64,000 nt of DNA, taken from positions 10,106,001 through 10,170,000 of the forward strand of contig OX597835.1 in assembly GCA_951406725.2 (NCBI GenBank), given 5' to 3'. Origin of the DNA: Octopus vulgaris. Taxonomy: Eukaryota. Both the position numbers and the translations under genes were made by a program. This document shows positions 58,101 through 64,000 of the stretch, piece after piece; the stretch's first letter is position 1; the number at the start of each line of letters is the position of its first letter. Below the pieces are notes generated by a model. The model was given only the letters and a program-made list of their open reading frames with translations, was not told the origin of the DNA and made no database searches.

Positions 58101-58751
58101 ATTAAAAACAGTCTTAAATTTTCAGCATAAGCGTGATATATATGAATATTTGAGTATCTTGCTCCAGCTGTTATTAACGCTCTTGACACGTTTAGCCAAA
58201 CCAACAAAATTAATTCCAGTCGTGATAACGCCGTAATTCGGCCCTCTTTAAAACAGATATGTCAGTGGGTGAGGATATCACATAACGCCTACCTTAATTA
58301 CTTTCGCTAAACCATATTTGCTGATAAAAATAATTCTAGTTGCAAATAATCCAAGATCAATTTTAATTTTCGACCAAGCGGAAACTGTTGTGCTCAACCA
58401 AGAACACCGCTGATACCCTCCTCTAACTATTCAAGTACCTTCTTTCACGATGGCCAGAATCTTTTCACCTGCGTCACTTGTTCTGGCGACTTTTTTTTTT
58501 TTTTTTTAGATACTAGTTCCAGCTTTATATATTCAAATACCTCTCCTTGTTAGACTCTCCTCGAAATGTGAAACCGCATTTACGAAACGATGCCATGGAG
58601 TCAGAATAATAATTAATAAAGCTTCCATTGAAATTAACGAATCAAGAAGTAATCATCTTTCCTTGTCGTCTTTTGGCGATTTCGCATCCAACATTCTCCC
58701 ACCGAAACAATGACCAACTGCGGAACCCTTCTTTATCTTTTATGTTTTACC

Positions 58752-59425
58752 TTTCACTTGTTTCAGTCATTGCACTGTGGCCAAGCTGGAGCACCGCTTT
58801 GAAAGACTTTTTTTAGTCGAATGAATCGACAACGGTTCTTTTTTAAAGCTTAGTACTTATTCCGTGGGTCTCTTTTGCCGAACCGCTAAGTTACGGGAAC
58901 GTAAACAAACCAGCTCTGGTTACCAAGCGGTGAGGGGACAAACGCATAAACAATGACGCATACTCACACACATAAACACACGCATCTATATGTGTGTGGG
59001 GGTTTCCTTTCTATCGAAGAGCGTAGGCTCAAAACGTAAAAGACTTTCTCACTTCCCGAGCGTTAAACTAATACATTTGTTTGTTTTTTACACACCCATC
59101 TTCGTCTCTTTTGTTTTTTTGTAAATTCTCCCTATATGTGATCTCTTGAGCACCACCAGCTTAAATATTTTTCCCTCTGTCTTCCCTTCTTGGGATCTTT
59201 CCTTCTCCTTGTTTCCGACGAAGAGCTCCGCTCGAAACGTTAAACCCTCCTTCCCTTCTTTCCTGAGCGTCAATAATACTTTAATTGTTCCACGTCCTCG
59301 CGTTGCTGTTTTTCTCTTTTTTTCTGTGTTTTCTTGTTTGGATTAACTATATATATATATATATATATGGCGTGCTTCTTTCAGTTTCCATCCAACAAAT
59401 CTACTCACAAGGTTTTGCTCGGCCT
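58752..59425 (-). mobile_element. Old SINE family A split by two family F-type insertions
   Basis: SINE 3' part at 58752-58985 and middle part at 59369-59425. F-type units at 59005-59133 and 59160-59345. Confidence 0.7.
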
Positions 59426-61275
59426 TTATTAGTTTTTTTTCTCTCAGAAAGACGGAAAATAGCCAATCTCTTACGCAGGTTTAACTCGATTCTTCACCTG
59501 CTTCATAATTAGAAGTCTTTTACGATATTCGCTTCGTTAATATGTAGATTTTTCAACTGAATTAGTGCCAAGCTATTCATCATCTTAATAAATAATAACA
59601 TTATCAAATAATAAACATTATCAATGTCTTCTCTAACCACGTGTTTAATTGTTCTCTCAAACATAGAACTCATTGTTTTATTCTGTATGCATTTTAAAAG
59701 ACCCGCTTCTATTTTTGTTATAGCCATTTCACTTGCTCCAGACCCGTTCTTGGCAGATGAAATTCTCATTTAAGTCGAAAATATTTCTGTCAGAACGATA
59801 ATGAAATATCGATTCAGTAGATGGAGTTGGATAAAAATCGAAACCAATTCTTCCCTTTTCACTCCTTTTTTTATAGTCTCGGCGTAGTCTTGTGATCTCG
59901 ATCCCTGTTTCGCACAACCAGTAAAAGAAGGGATCCTTTACTCCTTCCTAGAGTAACTACTTCTGAAAGCCCTTCATTAATCAGATTCCTCGGATTCTTT
60001 ATGATTAATCCTGGAATTGCTGAGAGAATGGTCGCAAGCATTGAAATAGGTTTAAAGGCATATTCACCAAGAAGTTTCATTAATACATATTTAAGCCGCC
60101 TGCATGCTTCTAAGTTATCGAACAATTCCTCGCTCGGGAAGTCTTTGTAGTTCGTCTGCCTCAATAGGCAAATATGATCACCAATAACAAATGTCTTAAG
60201 AAACGGAGGCTCCAGTTTTGTTATCGATACAAGAGAAATGATGATCCATGCACAGCGTCCTAGATTTATGTCTCAAGCGGATAATAAATACAGCTGTGCT
60301 TCTTAAGGATGAACAGGGGATTATGAAGTCGAGTAGATCAAATAAGCAATAACAGAAATGTTGATAATGGGCAAAATATAGAACCAGTCCTTGGAGCTTT
60401 CACTTATGTTTATTAAAGATCGTAATTTAATAACTCGAACATGAATGAGTATTACAGAACTTGTTTAATTACATTCTCGAACAACAAAAGAAATTAAACC
60501 AATTCGTTTCTGCAAGATTTGATAACATTTTTTCTTACGAAAACACCATATTTTGCCAACTGTCACGTGATCAGGACTATTTAATATGGCTGCCAATGCG
60601 ATGAAACAATTTGGCTGTTCAGTTAGATAAAAGCATCTACGAAAAAAACCCGAACGATTGTTACAACGGCTGTATTTGGATAAATTGTGTACAACTTGAT
60701 AATTATACTCAGGTGAGTGTTTTATTTCTATAACCACCATAACAGCTTGCATTTGTAATTAAACTTTAAATTCTATTTTAACGTTAATATCAGAATTTTA
60801 ATAGTTTCTTCAAACAATTTAACAAGTAAAAAGCATTTAATTGATTTCTCGATCTGTCGGCTGCTTCTTTCAGTGTCCAGTTTTATTTCCCTGTTTCATT
60901 TTGTCCGCATAATCACTTCTTTTACGTCTCTGTCTTCCTGCCCTCTGCTGACGACCGAATAATACGTATTTCTGAGGCCACAACACCAAGAAGTACATCA
61001 GCGGGGTTTCTTTTTCATCACGAGAAAGGAGAACGCAGAAGCGTAAACAATACCAAACAAAAATGCAATCTTCAGAATGGTTTTAATGATTGGGAGATGC
61101 AAATGGATTTAGAGAAAAATCTAATGTCTCTAAACGATACTGCAATACCTGAACAACAGCGCCACCTTATGGTGTGGTCCGCTTTGAGAAGGATATAGTC
61201 GTTGTTGACTTGACTGTGCTATGGAAGGCTATAGCGGGACTAAGGAAGGTGTGAGAGGAACAAGGATAACTTTAT

Positions 61276-61594
61276 GACATCTACATTGGGGATGTTTGTT
61301 CCTTCTCGAGCCATACCTGGCTCATAAGGGCCGGTTTCCCGGTTTCTTGGTGTATAGGTTCCCCACCAGGACGGGACGCCGGTCCGTCGCAGATGAGCTG
61401 CAAGATGCAGGAGGAAAGAATGAGAGAAAGTTGTGGCGAAAGAATCAGCAGAAGTTTCGCCATTACCTTCTGCCGGAGCCGCGTGGAGCTTAGGTTGTTC
61501 GCTCATAAACACACACATCGCCCGGTCTGAGATTCGAACCCGCGATCCCTCGACCGCGAGTCCGCTGCTCTAACCACTAGGCCATGTGCCTCCA
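61276..61594 (-). mobile_element. SINE family C-like head with a V-domain-like tail
   Basis: A box TGGCCTAGTGG and B box GGTTCGAATCT. Tail gcgacggaccggcgtcccgtcctggtggggaacc...aaaccggg. Confidence 0.8.
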
Positions 61595-62912
61595 CATTGG
61601 TGATGGGATGTCGAAGACTTGTAACTAGACCCACAGTGTTCTAATATTGGTCTCAGGAAGAAAATCAGAACAGGAGTCGAAGAATTTCCAAAGGAAACAA
61701 ACAATGCTTTTTTTTTATCACCGATACAGCAAGGTCACGTGAAAGGAAAACAAAAACTGCGAAAATAGTTTTGATAAATTGTAAACCAAAATAATGGGTG
61801 CTTGTTGAACTATGGTTGCAGATTCCATGGTTTGGTTTTATGACTGCATCGATGACACGGTGGACTTAACCTGGTGGCATGTTGCGCAGCTGTAGGCAGG
61901 GACCACTGTCGGAAAGTGGCAAACCTTTGGGATATCAATTGACTGTTGCAGAAAGGAATGTGTCGTTGTACAATAAACATCATGTGTGTGTGCGTTTGTG
62001 TGTGTGTTTGAGCGTGTGTGTGTGTGTGTGTGTGGAGGGCACGTTTATGCCTGATGTGTGTGTACATGTGCATCTAGTTAAGTGATGGCTTCCATACTGG
62101 ATGATGCAGACCGGAAATAATTTGTAATCAATTGAAGTTATAATGAGAAGGAAACTCATTAGCGCTAATGAAAATTATCACCATAGCTACCTTAAGTCAG
62201 ACTTACTGTCCTCCCTCTGCACAATTTCGTTTCGTTTCCTTCTCATTACCATTATAAAATTCAGCTCATTAAATAGCTTTTCCATCTCACTACATCAAAT
62301 AACATTAAATTGTGCTTAGCTATATATTCATCATGCAGAAGGCGCACTTGGGATATTTTTTTAATATTATTATTTTAAAATGCCTCGCCTATGAATCATG
62401 TTCGCAACAATGCCAGAAACTCACTCAGTCGCCCTTGCGATCCTGTTAAATTCTGTAGACAATGTTTTACCGAGAAGATTCCCATATAGCCGAAACATAG
62501 AGCTCTCACCATTGCCCCCGGCTCTCCTCAAGATTTCCTCCATCTCACACACCCTCGTCCGCTTTTCCTCCTTGTTTTTCATTCCTTTTCTTCTCCTTCT
62601 CTCACCCAATGTCTTTCTTCTATACTTCCAGTCTACGAATGCAAGTTAATGTTGTCTTGCGTTCCTCATCGGTTGCAGTCAATTTCACAAGCACAAAGAA
62701 CGTCAAATTTTGCTGTCGTCTTTTTTTCTGAAGGACTCTTTCGGAAATGTTGGATATGTCTCTCCCTACGGCAGTCGAACTGTACTCTTTCAGTCGCTTC
62801 TTCCAAATAATACAAGTCTTGCCAACGCAGACCACCACCAATTTCCCTGGATTCTAGTTTATCGGATAAACATGGATTTTCAATTACCAAATATTACAAT
62901 ATTTGGTGAGGT

Positions 62913-63131
62913 TACTCTTTTACTCTTTTACTCTTTTACTTGTTTCAGTCATTTGACTGCGGCCATGCTGGAGCACCGCCTTTAGTCGAGCAAATCGACC
63001 CCGGAACTTATTCTTTGTAAGCCCAGTACTTATTCTATCGGTCTCTTTTGCCGAACCGCTAAGTGACGGGGACGTAAACACACCAGCATCGGTTGTCAGG
63101 CAATGCTAGGGGGACAAACACAGACACACAA

Positions 63132-63176
<45 letters not shown>
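62913..63176 (-). mobile_element. SINE family A, 3' half
   Basis: Near-identical to 20313-20560. Confidence 0.9.
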
Positions 63177-63177
<1 letters not shown>

Positions 63178-63545
63178 CGGGAAGCTTTATGAAAATAAAC
63201 AAAAGACGAAGGCAGGTGGAAAACAAACGAACAATTGTATTAGTATGGCGCTCAGGAAATATAAATAAAACAAGTCTTTAACGTTTCGAGCCTACGCTCT
63301 TCAACAGAAAGATACACAGAGAGAGAAAAACACAGAAAGAAGGAGAGAAAAAAAATGCGTGCAGTAGCTAACGAATCAACATGGCGATCTGATTTCGGCC
63401 AGAGGTCAAAGATCAAACATGAGACGCGAGAGCGAAATAAGGGGAGATAATAGGGTTGATAAAAGGGTTGAGGGACCAGCTAAAAGTGCGTGGGAGGGGT
63501 CTGGATGTGTGTATGTATAGGGTTGGTGTATGTATTAGTATGTAT

Positions 63546-63583
<38 letters not shown>

Positions 63584-64000
63584 TAGTGCGTAAGATTGGT
63601 CTGGACGTGCGTATGTATGGGGTTGGTGTATGTATTAGTATGTATTAGTATGTATTAGTACGTATTGGTATGTATAGTGTGTGTGTGTGTGTGAGAGAGA
63701 GTATAAGTGCGTATGCGGGGTCTGGACGTGTGTATGTATAGGGTTGGTGCAAGTATTAGTATGTACTGGTATGTATTAGTACGTATTAGTATGTATTAGT
63801 TGGTGTGTGTATTAGTATGGCACATCATATGTGATGTGATGTGTAAAGTCATGTGGTGTAGTGAGGAGAAGAGGGGGAGGGGGAGAAGAGGGGGGAGAGA
63901 AGGCGAGGGGGAGGAGAAGGGGGAAGAGGAGAGGAGGGGGAGAAGGAAGGGGAGGAGGGGGATGAAGGAGGAAAGAGGGAGAGGGGGAGAGAGGGAGTGG
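63178..64000 (-). mobile_element. Family F copy preceded (on the minus strand) by three ~100-120-bp tandem units and a C-rich tract
   Basis: F motif at 63274-63312. ggtctgga(t/c)gtg...gggttggtg units start at ~63498, 63598 and 63719. Confidence 0.6.

Noticed and set aside
59509-60164. Overlapping minus-strand ORFs as an endogenous viral gene or host pseudogene
   Set aside because: No diagnostic motif. More simply the upstream part of the LINE remnant at 56780-58100, but unproven.
62398-62900. Purine-rich minus-strand ORFs as a LINE or gene fragment
   Set aside because: No recognisable motif.

Overview
AT-rich, microsatellite-saturated eukaryotic DNA with no intact protein-coding gene. The repeat families point to an octopus/coleoid cephalopod genome (inference). 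Nearly all ORFs in the track are microsatellite or SINE translation artefacts, and the only host-gene candidate is one possible minus-strand exon at 10-152. The window is a mobile-element landscape: at least four tRNA-headed SINE families with swapped head/tail modules; non-autonomous Helitrons, including a divergent pair; mariner derivatives; RLE (R4/Dong-like), Tx1/L1 and RTE-like LINE remnants, several embedded in a specific microsatellite; and a decayed Penelope-like (PLE) RT/GIY-YIG ORF at ~26550-29230. The strongest hidden signal is a set of sequence-unrelated fold-back elements carrying type I hammerhead ribozyme (HHR) cores (CUGANGA...GAAA...NUH). The clearest are at ~12.7, 27.35, 30.6/30.75, 32.55/32.64, 39.45 and 41.64/44.38 kb, with degenerate ones elsewhere. 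One element joins a tRNA-like Pol III head to an HHR tail in an inverted dimer, a candidate Penelope-mobilised, self-cleaving SINE. All structures were read by eye, and no folding or database search was run.
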